Counted from the stretch's first letter, positions 38,141-52,449 are shown. The stretch: 64,000 bases of DNA from Mobula hypostoma (GCF_963921235.1 NC_086097.1:174656001-174720000); one strand, 5' to 3'. Numbers and translations: made by a program. The notes: generated by a model from the letters alone, not told the origin.

Positions 38141-38899
38141 TTTCTCACTTATCTTTGTACCGTCAACAATTTTGTTACAATCCACTGGGTCCGCTTGGCT
38201 AAACCATTAATATAGATCCCTGTGGTACACCACTAGTTAACATTTGCCAGCCTGAAAATGAAGCCATCTATCCTGACTATAGTTACCCAGCCCTCTTTCC
38301 ATGAAAATTTGATACTCCAATACCATGAGCTCTTAACATTTGCATAGGGCATCTTATGAAATGATTCCAATAAGTTGAAATATCTTACATCTATTGGTTC
38401 CCCTTCATTCACACAGCTTATTATAACCTTAAAGCATGTGAGGATGTCAAGCATGATCTCTTTCATAAACCATGGTAAGTCTTCTTGATTCCATTGTTTT
38501 TCTAAATGGATTTATCAAATAGCAATTAGACTAAATGGCCTACAATTTCCTGCATTCTGCTTCCCTCCTTTCTTAATAGAGATATAATATTCATGTTTTT
38601 CCAATCTGCTGCTGGAGAGACGTTGGAAGAACATAACTAATGCACCAACGACCTCTGCAGTCACTTTTAAAATGGAGAATTCCCTTTCAACAAGGGATTT
38701 TAAGCCAAAATATTTTGAACTGAGAAGGTATCACAGGTTTTGCCACGGTCATTATAAATGTCTTATGAGTTACTATTGAATTCACTGAACAGCATAATTC
38801 ATTGAAATCATTAATAGATACTGACCAACTACAAAGCAAATAAAACTCCCAGAACAATACATGCCAGAAATCAGAAAACTGCTCCCACATTTTCTCTGA

Positions 38900-39055
38900 C
38901 AAGAGAAAATCTGCAGATGCTGAAATGCTGAAGGAACTCAGCAGGCCAGGCAGAACCTATTGAAAAGAGTACAGTTGAAATGTCGACTGTACTCTTTTCC
39001 ATATTCCGTAGATGCTGCCTGGCATTAAGCATTTTGTGTGTGTGTAGCCTGAATT
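38900..39055. mobile_element. Short palindromic PLE terminal insertion
   Basis: Core inverted repeat gaaaagagtacagttga-aatg-tcgactgtactcttttc (38962-38999, 16/17 matched). Confidence 0.75.
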
Positions 39056-41829
39056 TTCTCTTTTTGTTCTCATAACAAAGTAGGGTCTTCCTTTCTGTTT
39101 TATTTCCCTTGCACAAGATTTCTGTAAATATTTTGTCAAAGTTGCATCCGAGGATTGGAGCAGGCGTGGCGATCTGTTACCTCACGCAATTTTGTTTTGG
39201 AAATTACATTCACAAGTAGTACATGAGTATCAGCACAGGGAATCTTTCTCACTTTTTTTTTTAACATGATGAAAGATGCCTTAGTTACTTCAGTAGAACC
39301 AAGCTTGGACTACGTTTACCTCCTCTGTAACTGCCGAGAAGCTCAACTCTAATGTGAGGATGTGAAAACAGAAAAGTACTAAATTTTCTCATGGATTTAG
39401 GTGATGGACATCAACCTTCACGGAACGTGGGCCAGGTTAGATGTGGCACAGTTTCAACGGCTGCAACCATTCTGATGGAGACAAAATGTAGAGAAGGAGA
39501 GAGTTAAGTTTAAGGTAAGTTGCGTTTATTTGATTTAATTGAATTAAATGAATGGAGTTTTGACATTAAATTTTAAAATAATTTTAAAATTTTAATAGTA
39601 TGATTAATTTTTAGTAGCTATAGAACATTTGAATGTCAGAGCTATTCACAAACATTTAGATTATTTGATGCCAGGACTCAAGGGACTAAGAAAAGGTCAA
39701 ACAGGCTGGGATGTCTTTCCTTGGAGCATAGCAGATTGAGAGGTGATCCAAGGTGTATAAAATCATGAGGGGCACAGATAGGGAGAGTACACTCAGTCTT
39801 TTTCCAGGGAATCAAGCACTAGAGGAAGCGGTTGAATTAGGTATAATAACAACCTTTAAAATACAGTTGGATAGGTACATGGATATGAAAGGTTTAGAAG
39901 GTTATGGGCCAAATGCTGACAAATGGGGCATCTTGATGTCAACATGGGTTAGATGGATCGAACATCCTGTTTCTATGCTGTCTGACTCTAGCTTTGCTGA
40001 GCCATTAAGCTGCAAAGAGTGCAGAGGACATACACAAAGATGTTGCCGGGACAGAATTTAACACATTTGACAGTTGGTTAAACCAGAGTGGACATTGGCT
40101 GCAGGTCTCAGCTGAGCATCAAAGTTGATCTGTGAGCAAGACTTCTTTGGGCCCTGTAACTGATGATGATAAGCCCACAGTGAAGTAGCCTTTGTGGTTG
40201 AAGTATTGTATAAACTCATGGCTGAGTTTGAGAACAGGCTGGAGGTGGCTCACTGCTACCTGGAATTGCTTCATATTTATGTGCAGAGAATGCTTTTTGC
40301 CCTGTTTAAAATTAACTTGAAAAGTTAGTGTAAATTATAACAATATACCTGGCTCTAAGGTTGTTGTCCATCTAAGTGTGCAGGTTAATAAACAAATAAA
40401 ACTCTTCAATGAAATTCCCAGAACTCTGAAACTCCTATAACAACTACTCAATCAATACCTTTCACAAAGTTTTTGTAAAGGACTCCATTAAGGCTTAAAA
40501 AGAGAAAAATATTTCTCAGCAAATTCCGAAGTGCCATTCAAGTTTAAAAAAATGTATTTGACGTTTAGTCCTTGAGGTAGTGCAGCAATCAATTGACAGT
40601 TCTTGCATTCCCAAGGCCAACAATGAGTATGGACAGATTATCTTTAACAGTGTTAATTTGATGATAAACTTGATTAATATTCTTCCCACTTTCAATTACT
40701 CCCAATCCTACCAACAATTTTAAAATGCCCCAAATTGCCTTATGTAACATGTAACATTCTCAATGAAGATTGTTTCTATTATACCTATTGAAGTGAGTTG
40801 TGATGCTAGTAAAATTTTCTACAGGGCTTTGGAGCAGTAACAAAAGAACTAAACTTGTATTTGTGTTATATTGGAAAACCTAACACACTTAGAGCAGCTT
40901 TTTAATCAAAGTTGAAGGAGATAGTCAAAAGTTGGCCTAAGAACTGGATGTGTGATTTAAGTATAGATTAAGTATCTCATTAGTTTTATCTTTTAAGATT
41001 TGGGTTTTAAAATTTAAAATTTGTTTACTTTCTTTTACCCTTTATTTTAATCTCCTTAAATTTTGTCAATATTTTACCCTTTGGCAGGCGAAGTCAGTGA
41101 TTTGGATTATAGAATTGATGGCTTTGTGGCCAAGTTGCAGACTATGCAAAGATACTGTAGGTGGTGGAGCAGGTAGTGTTGAGGAAGCAGGGAGTCTGCA
41201 GAAGGATTTAGACTGATTAGATGAATGGCCAGAGAAGTGGCCGATGGAATATATTGTAAGGAAGTGCATGGGCATGCACTTTGGTAGAAGGAATACAAGC
41301 ATAGACTATTTTCTAAATAGGGAGGAAATTCAGAAATGAGAGTTGCAAAGGGACTTGGGAGTCCTCATGCAGAATTCCCTGAAGGTTAACTTACAGGTTG
41401 AATCGATGGTGAGGAAGACAAAGGCAATGTTAACAATCATTTTGAGAGGGCTGGAATATGAAAACAAGGATGTAATGCAGAAGCATTATAAGGCATTGGT
41501 CAGACCACACTTGGAATATTGTTGAGCAATTTTGGGCCCATGATCTAAGAAAGAATGTGCTGGAGAGCGTCTGGAGAATGATCTCAGGAATTAAAATGTG
41601 CGGAATGTTTGTGGCTCTGTACTTACTGGAGTTTAGAAGAATGAGGTGATTTCATTGAAACCTAACAAATATTGAAAGGCCGAGATAGAATGGATATGGG
41701 GAGGATGTTTCCTGTAGTGGAAGAGTCTAGGAGCAGAGGGCACAGCCTCGGAATAGAAGGATGCCCCTTTAGAACAGCCTTGCAATATAAAAATGCCCCT
41801 TTAGAACAGAGCTGAGCAGCAACACACAC

Positions 41830-43961
41830 TCCAAGCAGGGATGTCAGTGGAACGACAATGGCAGGTATTTCTGGGAATAACACAGAAGGTGCAGGATCAG
41901 TTCATTCCAAAGAGGAAGAAAGATTCTAAGGGGAGTAAGGGCTGACAAGGGAAGTCAAGGACAGTAGAAAAATAAAAGAGAAGAAGTATAACAGCAAAGT
42001 TGAGCGGGAAGCCAGAGGATTGGGAAACTTTTAAAGAGCAACAGAGGATAACTAAAAAGGCAATACGGGGAGAAAAAATGAGATATGAAGGCAAGCTAGC
42101 CAAGAATATAAAGGAGGATAGTAAAAGCTTCTTTAGGTATGTGAAGAGGAAAAAATTAGTTAAGACCAAAGTTGGGCCCCTGAAGACAGAAATGGGTAAA
42201 TTTATTATGGGGAACAAGGAACTGGCAGGCGAGTTGAACAGGTACTTTGGATCTGTCTTCACTAGGGAAGACACAAATAATCTCCCAGATGTAATAGTGG
42301 CTGGAGGGCCTAGGGTAACGGAGGAACTGAAGGAGATTCACATTACTCAGAAAATGGTGTTGGATAGACTGATGGGACTGAAGGCTGATAAATCCCCAGG
42401 GCCTGATGGTCTGCACCCTAGGGTACTTAAGGAGGTGGCTCTAGAAATCATGGATGCATTGGTAATCATTTTCCAATGTTCTATAGATTCAGGATCAGTT
42501 CCTGAGGACTGGAGGATAGCTAATGTTATCCCACCTTTTAAGAAAGGAGGGAGAGAGAAAACAGGGAATTATAGACCAGTTAGCCTGACATCAGTGGTGG
42601 GGAAGATGCTGGAGTCAATTATAAAGGATGAAATAGCAGCACATTTGGATAGCAGTAACAGGATCGGTCCGAGTCAGCATGGATTTATGAAGGGGAAATC
42701 ATGCTTGACTAATCTTCTGGAATTTTTTGAGGATGTAACTATGAAAATGGACAAGGGAGAGCCAGTGGATGTAATGTACCTGGACTTTCAGAAAGCCTTT
42801 GATAAGGTCCCACATAGGAGATTAGTGGGCAAAATTAGAGCACATGGTATTGGGGGTAAGGTATTGACATGGATAGAAAATTGGTTGGCAGACAGGAAAC
42901 AAAGAGTAGGGATTAACAGGTCCCTTTCAGAATGGCAGGCAGTGACTAGTGGGGTACCGCAAGGCTCGGTGCTGAGACCGCAGCTATTTACAATATACAT
43001 TAATGATTTAGATGAAGGGATTAAAAATAACATCAGCAAATTTGCAGATGACACAAAGCTGGGTGGCAGTGTGAAATGTGCGGAGGATGTTGAGATAATG
43101 CAGGTTGACTTGGACAGGTTGGGTGAGTGGGTAGATGCATGGCAGATGCAGTTTAATGTGGATAAATGTGAGGTTATCCATTTTGCTGGCAAGAACAGGA
43201 AGGCAGATTACTATTTGAATGGTGTGAAGTTAAGAAAAGGGGAAGTATAACGAGATCTAGGTGTCCTTGTTCATCAGTCACTGAAAGTAAGCATGCAGTT
43301 ACAGCAGGCAGTGAAGAAAGCTAATGGCATGTTGGCCTTCATAACAAGGGGAGTTAAGTATAGGAGCAAAGAGGTCCTTCTGCAGCTGTACAGGGCCCTG
43401 GTGAGACCACACCTGGAGTATTGTGTACAGTTTTGGTCTCCAAATTTGAGGAAGGACATTCTTGCTATTGAGGGAGTGCAGTGTAGGTTCACAAGGTTAA
43501 TTCCCGGGATGGCGGGACTGTCATATGTTGAAAGATTGGAGCGACTGGGCTTGTATACACTGGAATTTAGAAGGATGAGAGGGGATCTGATTGAAACATA
43601 TAAGATTATTAAGAGATTGGATACGCTAGAGGCAGGAAACATGTTCCCTATGTTGGGGGAGTCCAGAACCAGAGGTCACAATTTGAGAATAAGGGGTGGG
43701 CCACTTAGAACGGAGTTGAGGAAAAACTTTTTCACCCAGAGAGTTGTGAATCTGTGGAATGCTCTGCTTCAGAAGGCAGTGGTGGCCAATTCTCTGGATG
43801 CTTTCAAGAAAGAGTTAGATAGAGCTCGTAATGATAGTGGAGTCAAGGGATATGGGGAGAAGGCAGGAACAGGGTGCTGATTGTGGATGATCAGCCATGA
43901 TCACAGTGAATGGCGGTGCTGGCTGGAAGGGCCGAATGGCCTACTCCTGCACCTATTGTCT
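41830..43961 (+). mobile_element. Young 5'-truncated CR1, RT almost intact
   Basis: ORFs 42000..43250 and 43293..43880 share one frame separated by a single TAA; YINDL and FADDTK motifs. Confidence 0.93.
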
Positions 43962-44012
43962 AAATGCTGGAGGAACTCAGCTGGCCAAGCAGCATCTATG
44001 GAAAAGAGTAAT

Positions 44013-44050
44013 CAGTTGATGTTTCAGACCAAGATCCTTCATCAGGACCG
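44013..44050 (-). ncRNA. Minimal hammerhead ribozyme motif in a PLE terminus, partly decayed
   Basis: CGGTC-CTGATGA-AGGATCTTGGTCT-GAAACATC-AACTG. Confidence 0.6.
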
Positions 44051-45659
44051 GGAAAAGAGTTGAAAAGTTAGAGTAAGTAGGTAGGGGGAGGGGAGGAGAG
44101 GAAGAAGTACAAGATGGTGAAACCGGGAGAGAGGGAGGGGGAGAAGTAAAGAGCTGAGAGGTTGATTGATGAAAGAGATAAAGGGCTGGAGGAGGGAGAA
44201 TTTGATAGGAGAGGACAGAAGGCCATGGAAGAATGGAAAGGAGAGGTGATGGGCAGGTAAGGAGATAAGGTGAGGGAGGGAATCGGGAATGGTGAGGGGA
44301 GGGCAATTACCAGCTGTTTGAGATGTTCATGCCATCAGGTCAGAGTCTTCCCAGACGGAATATAAGATGTTGCTTCTCCAGTCTGAGTGTGGCCTCATCA
44401 CAGCAGTAGAGGAGGCCGTGGACTGACATGTCAGAAGGGGAATGGGAAGTAGAATTGAAAAGGGTGGCTTCCGGGAGATCCCGCATTTTCCAGTGGACAA
44501 AGCCTAGGTGCTCATCGAAACATACTCCCAATCCACGTCAGCTCTCACCAACATACAGGAGGCCACACCAGGAGCACAGGATACAGTAGATGACCACAAC
44601 AGACTCACAAGTGAAGTGTCACCTTACCTGGAAGGACTGTTTGGGGCCCTGAATGGTAGTGAGGGAAGAGGTGTAGGGGCAGGTGTGGCACTTGTTCTGC
44701 TTGCAAGCGTTAAGTACCAGGAGGGAGATCAGTGGGGAGGGATGAGTGGACAAGGGAGTCGCTTAGGGAGCGATCCCTGCAGAAAGCAGCAGGGAGGGAA
44801 GGATGTGCTTGGTGGAACGACCCCGTTGGAGATGGCAGAAGTTACTAAGAATTATGTGCTGGATGTGGAGGTTAGAAGGGTGGTAAATGTGGATAAGAGG
44901 AACTCTACCCTGGTGTGGCAGCGGGAGGATGGGGTGAGGCCTGACGTGTGTAAAATGGAAGAGGTGCAGGTGTGAGTGGTGTTGAAGGAAAACCCCTTGT
45001 TATGAAGAAGGAGGACACTTTGCATCATTTTGTGTGTGTTGCTTTGGATTTCCAGCACCTGCGGATTTTGTCGTGTTAGAGATGGGTAGGGATTTCTTTA
45101 GCTAGAAAGTGGTGAATCTGTGGAATTCATTGCCACAGACAGCCGTGGAGGCCAAGCTACCAGGTATATTTAAAATGGAGGTTGATAAGTTCTTGGTTAG
45201 TAAAGGTATCAAAGGTTACAAGGAGAAGGCAGAAGAACAGGGTTGAGACGGATAATAAATCAGCCATGATGAAATGGTGGAGCAGACTTGAAGGGTTGAA
45301 TGGCCAAATTCTGCTCCTGTGTTTCATGGTATTTTTTTATTGGCACTTCATACATTATTTCAACCAGATATATTGTAAATGAAGGAGAAATGATTGGCCG
45401 AATTGCCTGGCTGTAGTTGTTATCTCTGAAGGGGAACCACAGGCATGCAACCACTTAAATGGGAGAAACGCCCAGACTGACCTGTGCATAAATCTGTCAC
45501 AATGTTCCATCCTACACTCACCATTGAGTCCAATGAGGTTATTTGACCTTGCTCAGACTTTCCAGATTTATTCTAGAGCAAACTCCAAAACCCCAGTATT
45601 TATAATGAGGATAAGTTTTGCAGATTAGTAGGCTTTTCTGAAACAATATTGCCTTATTT

Positions 45660-48600
45660 TAAAAGTTCAAAATTCAAAGTAAATTTTTTTATCGGAGTAC
45701 ATGTCACCACATACAGCCCTGAGATTCTTTTTCTGCAGGCATACTTAACAAAGCCATAGAACAGTAACTAAACAGGATCAATGGACAGCAAACTGTGCAA
45801 ATGGAAATATAAATAAATAGCAATAAATAACGAGCGTGAAGTAACAAGAGTCCTCGAATGAGTGTAGTTATCCTACTTTGTTCAAGAGCCTGCTGATTGA
45901 GGGGTAGTAACTGCTCTTGAAACTGGTGGTGTGAGTCCTGAGTCACCTGTACCTTCCACCTGTGGCTTCATTTTATGTAGATGTGCTCAATGGTTGGGAG
46001 GGTTTAACCCATGATGTACTGGGCTGAATCCGCTAACTTTTGTAAGATTTTCCACTCAAAAGTATTGGTGTTCCCATACCAGGCCATAATGCAGTCAGTC
46101 AGCACAGTTTCCACCACGCATCTGTGGAAGTTTGCGAAGGTTTTTGATGACATGCTGAATCTCCACAGACTCCTGAGGAAATAGAGGCACTGTCATGTTT
46201 TCTTTGTAAAAATATTTATATGATGGGTCCAGGACAGGTCCTCCAAGATAGTGATGGTTTCTGTCTCATGGACCTCTGGGTTTCCTCTCCACAAGTCTGC
46301 TGTCAATTCCTTGGTCTTATTGACATTGAGTGAGAGGTTGCTGTTATTACACCACTCAGACAAGTTTTCAGTCTCCCTCCTGTATGCTGACCCCTTTGAT
46401 ACAGCCCACAACAGTGGTGTCATCAGCAAACTTGTATATGGTTAAGGTTAATGTTTCTTTTCATTGTTTATATACTTTAATTCACTATGCAGTTTCATAG
46501 TTTAATTACGCATTTCAGTTTTAATAGATTTTATTTGCCTGTGCATGTCAACTGTTTAGGATCCACAACTCTGATTACTTGAACAAAAGGGAATAACTGC
46601 ACTCATTCTTTTTCTGATGTTTCCACAACCAATGGTCTCACTTTAAGGACTCTTTATCTTGTTATTTCATGCTTGTTATTTATTAATATTTGCATTTGCA
46701 CAGTTTGTTGTTCATTGATCCTGTTTACAGTTACTGTTCTATAGATTTGTTAAGTATGCCCACAGGAAAAAGAACCTCAGGAAAAAGGATTTGTGAATTC
46801 TAATCACCACCACAAAGTACTTTTTCTGAGCCACTGTTTGCACTACTAAGCTTCATTCCCTGAAACTAAACCCAGAATTTCCCCCACCTCTCTTGTTGGT
46901 CTTGGTACACCCTGGCTAAAAATAATCAGAATCAGAATCAGATTTATTATCACTGAAATGTGTTGTTCAGTGTAGCTGTACAGTGCAAGACATAAAAATG
47001 ACTATAAGTTACAATAAATAAATAAATATTGCAAAAAGGACAAGCAAGGTAGTGTTCGTGGGTTCATAGATTATTCAGGAATCCGCATACAGTTTAGGAT
47101 TTAAGTGCACACTGATGGAATCTGGACTGTGCTTTGGGGAGATCTTTGCTCACAGGGAGGAGATGGTTGAGGAGGACCATGGTAATAATGTTCCCTGTGG
47201 CAGACAGCAGAGAGACTCCACTCTTAGTTATCACAGTCAGACTGGTCTCTGAGGATGGGCACAATTACAGTACCCTACCCACCCCAGGCATTATCTCTTT
47301 CCCCCCTTCCATCAAGCAGGAGATACAAAAGCCTGAAAGCATGTACCACCAGACTGAAGGACAGCTTCTACTCTGCTGTTATAAGATTATTAAATAGTTT
47401 TCTTGTATGATAAGTTGGACTCTTGCCCTCACAATCTACCTCTTTATGACCATCCATCTTGCTGTCTACCTGCTCTGCACTTTCTGTTAGCTGTTACACA
47501 TTTTTCTGCATTGTTATTGTTCTACCTTGTTCTAGCTCAATGATTCAATTTGTATGAACAGAATGCAAGCAAGTTTCTTGCTGTGTCTCAGTAGAAATGA
47601 CAATTATAAACCAATACTGTTTGCATTCTAGCACCTCCTCTTTTTCAAATGTTAGTCTTTTCAGATTCCCCATTACACCATAATTTGCTAAGACTCCCGC
47701 AGCATCTTATTCCTGAGTGAAGACTGACGTAAGGCACTGGTTTAATACCTCAGCTGTGCCCTCTGCCCCCAAGACTTATCCATATTGGTCTTTGAATGAC
47801 CCCATCTTACCAAAAGTACTGGAACTTTTTTGCGCTGTCATCATCTAGGACATGGTCTCTTCTCATTGCTACCATCAGGGAGGAGGTACTGTACAGGATT
47901 CTTAAGACCCACACCCAATGATTTAGAAACAACTTCTTCACCTCCGCCATCAGATTTCTGAACGGCCCATGAACACTACAAGATTTATTTAATCTTGCAA
48001 TTTATGGTAATTTTGTGTTTTTGAACTGCACTGCTGCCACAAAACTAGAAATCTCATGTAATCTAAATCGGTGATAATACATCCAGTTCTGATATAAAAA
48101 ATTATTACGAGCCAACAAATTAATGTAATGTATTTGGACTTTCAGAAGGCCTCTGATAAGGTGCCACACAAGGGATTATTAAACAAAATTAATATCTGTG
48201 GATGTATGGGTCTGTCTGTGAATTTCTGCATGTGCAACTTTACCAGACCACCACCTACAGTGATTTTGTTCTATTGCTCTTTTAAGATTTCCCATGCCTA
48301 ATAACCCTTCAGTCCAAGAATGGTGTTAAATCTGATTTCTGATTCTCCAATCCCATCTGCAATAGCCTCTGGAATTTTTTGCAGATATTCCATACAGCAG
48401 TTCCTAGGAATCATATTCCACTTTCTTTTTAATAAAGGATGTACTGTGAAATAAATGAAAAACTACAAGGCTTTGCGTGTCATCGCATATCACTACTGCC
48501 AATGCTGTATCGTTGAAGGATGGTCATGTGTCACCTAAGATTAAGATAGGAAGCCACTTCTTTATCAGAACTAGTGGAGTTTTCTTCTGCGGAGGTGTGA

Positions 48601-49250
48601 GGATGCTCAGTCACCGTACTTGGTTAAGACTGAAGCCTGGGAAACCAGAGGAGGTAGAGGATCTGGGATGAACCTGTGCAATGTCAGACAGACAATTCAT
48701 TTGCTCTCTTCAGTTTCTTGTTAAGTGAGCTAGGAAAATAAATGATCATTGAACAATAATGTGAAATAAGCTTAGCCAATTCAACAGAACTGAGTATATA
48801 CCGGAATATGCTGACTGAAATAGCTGGATTTATGAATAATTCTTTGTCTTCCTTTGACTCTTGACATTTCTCCCTGCCTCAGTAAAGCAGCAATTACTTA
48901 AAAGACCCCACCCACCCTGTTCATTTTCTCTTCTCCCTTTAGGCAGAGAATACAGAAGCCTGAAAACACATACCACCAACTTCAAGGACAGCTTGTACTC
49001 CATTGTTATAAGATTATTGAATGGACCTCTTGCATGATATGATGGACATTTGACCTCACAATCTATCTCATTATGGCCTTGAACCTTATTGCCTGCCCGC
49101 ATTGCACTTTCTCTGTAAGCATAATGCTTTATTCAGCATTGTTATTGCTTTTTTCTTGTTCTGATGTGATTAAATGATCTGTATGGATGGCATGCAGAAT
49201 AACATTTTTCTCTGTACCTTAGTACATGTGACAATGATAAATGAACTTAC
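45660..49250. mobile_element. Field of Rex1-like 3' fragments in both orientations plus a small CR1 piece
   Basis: Repeated 3'UTR and tail motifs at about 45660-46440(-), 46590-46780(+), 46925-47080(-), 47285-47620(+), 47840-48095(+) and 48900-49250(+). Confidence 0.7.
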
Positions 49251-49879
49251 CAAATTGTTAATATACAAGTTTCTTCTAGTTATCTCACTACATTGGTGTG
49301 CTCCATGAACTTGAAATATTTCAACTTTTATTAGTTTGTACAGGTTAAATTTTCCATAGTATATGTCTGAAATGTCCTTCTCATTGTTACTAAAATCATG
49401 AATAAATATAAACTTCCTGCTCGGAAGGCTTAATCCAAATCACACAGCAGGAAAAAATAAGCCGCATACTAAGATTTCAGTAATTTGTATCCTTTATTCT
49501 CATTCGTGTGGTAGAGCAGTTTTTCTCTGCCCTGTGAAGGCATAGCCAACTGTTCCAAAAAGAGAATCATCCAGACAGTCCTGGCTTAACATTCATAGCA
49601 CAGATGTGTGGAATTTCCAGAAGCAATTCATGCAATTGAAAGATCAGACTTTGACATGCAGAGGTCCATTTATTTGCTCAGTCACCAATATATCAAACAA
49701 CAAAACAAAAGCTACACTGAATACTCCTCAAGAATTTCTCTGCTTCATTGTGCAGGCTTTACCCATTCCCTGCTTCACACAAAATCTGCATGTAATTGTT
49801 TAATAGTATACATTATTTCTGTTACATTAGAATACAATTGTTGGCAGGGAAGCCATTTTACAGGGCACACAGAACACTG

Positions 49880-50440
49880 TACGTTGATACAGATGGTTCA
49901 GACTGGTATTCCAAAGTTCTGTACCAATTTTGTCATGGAAAGAGTGTAGTAGTGGATAGAGGAAAATAGTCAAGGATGTGCTTGAAGTCTCCTTGAAGAA
50001 TTGCAGCATCCCTGCTGCTAGCTGGGAACCCCTGATCCATGACTAAAGTGGAGAAGGAGCAATTGTGAGCAAGAGTGAGCCACTGAGGACTTTGAGGCCA
50101 GGCATCAGGAAGACAGAAGCAGTGGGTAAGTGGTGGAAGGACTGGACCACTCACAAATCACACCTGTTGTTTGTCAGTGTTTATGTGTGGTTTTTCATAA
50201 ATTCTATTGTATTACTCTATTTTGCTGTAAATGCCAGCAAGAAAATGAATCTCAAGGTGGTGTTGGTGACACATATATACTTTCATAATATATTGACTTT
50301 GACTAACTACCCAACGTCAGACACCAGCTGCCCCCACACCTTCTGTGTGAAAGGGCCTGGCCTCCTCAATCACCAAAGAATTCAGAGAACCAGAAAGGAA
50401 ACAAGTCACCCTTCATTCGGGGTGTTGACTAAGAAGGAGC
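49880..50440 (+). mobile_element. RTE-clade LINE 3' remnant with a Rex1 3' end inserted at about 50165-50305
   Basis: KDVLEVSLKNCSIPAASWEPL..KWRRS resembles the RTE/BovB-like C-terminus. Confidence 0.55.
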
Positions 50441-50529
50441 AGGAGGAGAAGAAGAAAGTTCAAGTCCTGGGCAGTTACATTTTAGGGAAGCGGACATGTA
50501 AAATGACACCACCTCCCTGGTCCTACACA

Positions 50530-52345
50530 CACTTCTGGAGCATCTGAATAACAAAGACACCTAGGTCAAACTCGTATTTATTGACTACAGCCCATACGCA
50601 ACTCACACCAAATTAATCTTGAAATTCCTAGACTTAGGACTCAGCACATCCCTTGATGGATTCTTGACTCCCTGACCAACATGCTGCAATAGTAAGGATA
50701 AGCAGCAACATCTCTGCCAAGATTATCCTCAACTTTGGTGCTCCATTGGCCCCCTCAGCCCCTCACACCCTATACACTTATGACTGTGTGGCTAGATGTT
50801 GCTCTAACTCGATCTAGAACTCTATAAGACCATAAAATATAGGTGCCTTTTAACATTCAGAATGTTTCTATGAGATTTCTCCTCCTTCTCCTGAACTCCA
50901 GGGAACACAGCCCAAGAGCTGCCAGACATTTCTCATACAGTAACCCTTTCATTCCTGGAATCATTCTCATGAATCTTCTCTGAACCCTCTCCAATGTCAG
51001 TATATCCTTTCTAAAATAAGGAGCCCAAAACTGCACACAATACTCCAAGTGTGGTTTTACGAGTGCCTTATAGAGCCTCAACAGATGATACCACTATAGT
51101 GGGCCAAATCTCAAGCAGTGACAGGATGGAGTACAGGAAGGAGATAACCCAATGACATGATGTCAAAAACAATTATTTCAGTTAATGCCAGAAAGCAATA
51201 GAGCTGGTCATTGACTTGTGGATCTGACATCACAAACAGGTCAGACCATTTAAAGGTAGCAGTTGCTTTCTTGATGGTTATTGATAGGTTTTAACAATTA
51301 TCTGTTGATTTACTAATTACCATACTGAGAAGTGTTGACAGGGCGGATGTGGATGTTTCTTCTTGTGGGAGAATCTAACAATGAGAAATCCCATTTACAA
51401 TTAGCAGTCACCTATTCAGACAGGAATGAGGCAAAATGGTTTCTCTCGGAAGCTTGTGGCTCTCTGGAAGGCTCTTCCCTGAAAGGCTGTGATGGAAGCA
51501 GAGTCTTTGAGTATTTTTAAAGCATAGCGATTGGAGATAAGGAGGGGGTGAATAGTTACTTTGGGTAGTTGGGACTGAAGTTTCAATCATTATTGTGTCA
51601 ACTGACAGAACAGGCTTGAAGGAGCAAGTAGCCTACTCCTCCTCCTTTATACATTTGTATGTTTGTATGTTTTTTTTTCAATAAATCGCTTAAATTTAAA
51701 TTCCCCATTTATCTTGGTGGGATTTGATCTAATGTCTCCAGATTTATGTTCTAGCCCTCAGGAAATTAGTCCAGTAATTTAACCACTCTGTTTTCAGTCC
51801 AGGGTGGAAATGTCAAATACTAGCTTTCTAGTGAGAGAGGGAAAGTGTAAAGGAGATGCGTGGAGCATGTTTGTTTACAGGGAGAGTGGTGGGCTGCCAG
51901 GAGAAGTGATGGAAGCAGATATGATAATAATAATAATAAGAGGCATTTGGACAGACATGTGAACTAGAGTTCATAGGTTTAGGGTGAAAAATGAAATATC
52001 TAGGGGAAACTGAGAGGGATCTTCACTCATAGGGTGGTACAAATGCGGAATGAGCTGCCAGCGGAACTGGTCGCTATGCATTTAATGGTAACATTTAAAA
52101 GAATTTTGGATAGGTATATGGATGAGAGGGGTATGGAGAGCTATAGTCCAGGTGCAGGTAGATGAGACTAGGCACAAGATCAGGTCAGCACAGACCAGAT
52201 GGACTGAAGGGTTTGTTTCTGTGTTGTAGGGTTCTAATAAGCAGGGAATAGAGGGATATGGATTATGTGCAGCACATAGGTTTAGTTTAATTTCGCATCA
52301 TGGTAGGAACAGACATTGATGGGCTGACAGTCCTGTTCTATGTTG
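50530..52345. mobile_element. Decayed Rex1 RT fragment split by an antisense CR1 (50826-51080), followed by CR1 3' fragments
   Basis: ORF 50857..51081 is CR1 ORF2; the flanks carry Rex1 RT remnants. Confidence 0.65.
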
Positions 52346-52449
52346 TATTTCAGATTCTCAGCATTAAAAATATGATATGATGATGAACAATATGAACAAT
52401 GGGGACTGGAAGAGGAGCACAGAATTAAAACATAAGTAAGGCCAATGTG

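Larger units (their letters stand above)
41819..45077 (-). mobile_element. Penelope-like element with GIY-YIG endonuclease remnant and inverted terminal piece, split by a CR1
   Basis: Minus strand reads HFTCESVVVIYCILCSWCGLLYVGE and FNSTSHS..LRLEKQHLIFRLG. Hammerhead motif at 44013-44050. The terminus gcaacacacac|aaatgctggagg is split by the CR1, and an inverted terminus lies at about 45020-45077. Confidence 0.8.
41090..45335 (+). mobile_element. Old CR1 3' part (41090-41811 plus 45078-45335) hosting nested insertions
   Basis: The sequence breaks at ccctttagaacagag and resumes as gagatgggtagggatttctttagc, which are consecutive CR1 positions. Confidence 0.75.

Noticed and set aside
39330..39525. 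Strong donor-like AAG|GTAAGT at about 39515, a possible extra exon
   Set aside because: No recognisable coding frame or convincing partner acceptor; cannot be supported without transcript data.
42000..43880. Possible active or domesticated reverse transcriptase gene
   Set aside because: 5'-truncated CR1 without an endonuclease, with an in-frame stop at 43248-43250.
44508..44975. 155-aa plus-strand ORF
   Set aside because: Antisense shadow of the PLE GIY-YIG region.
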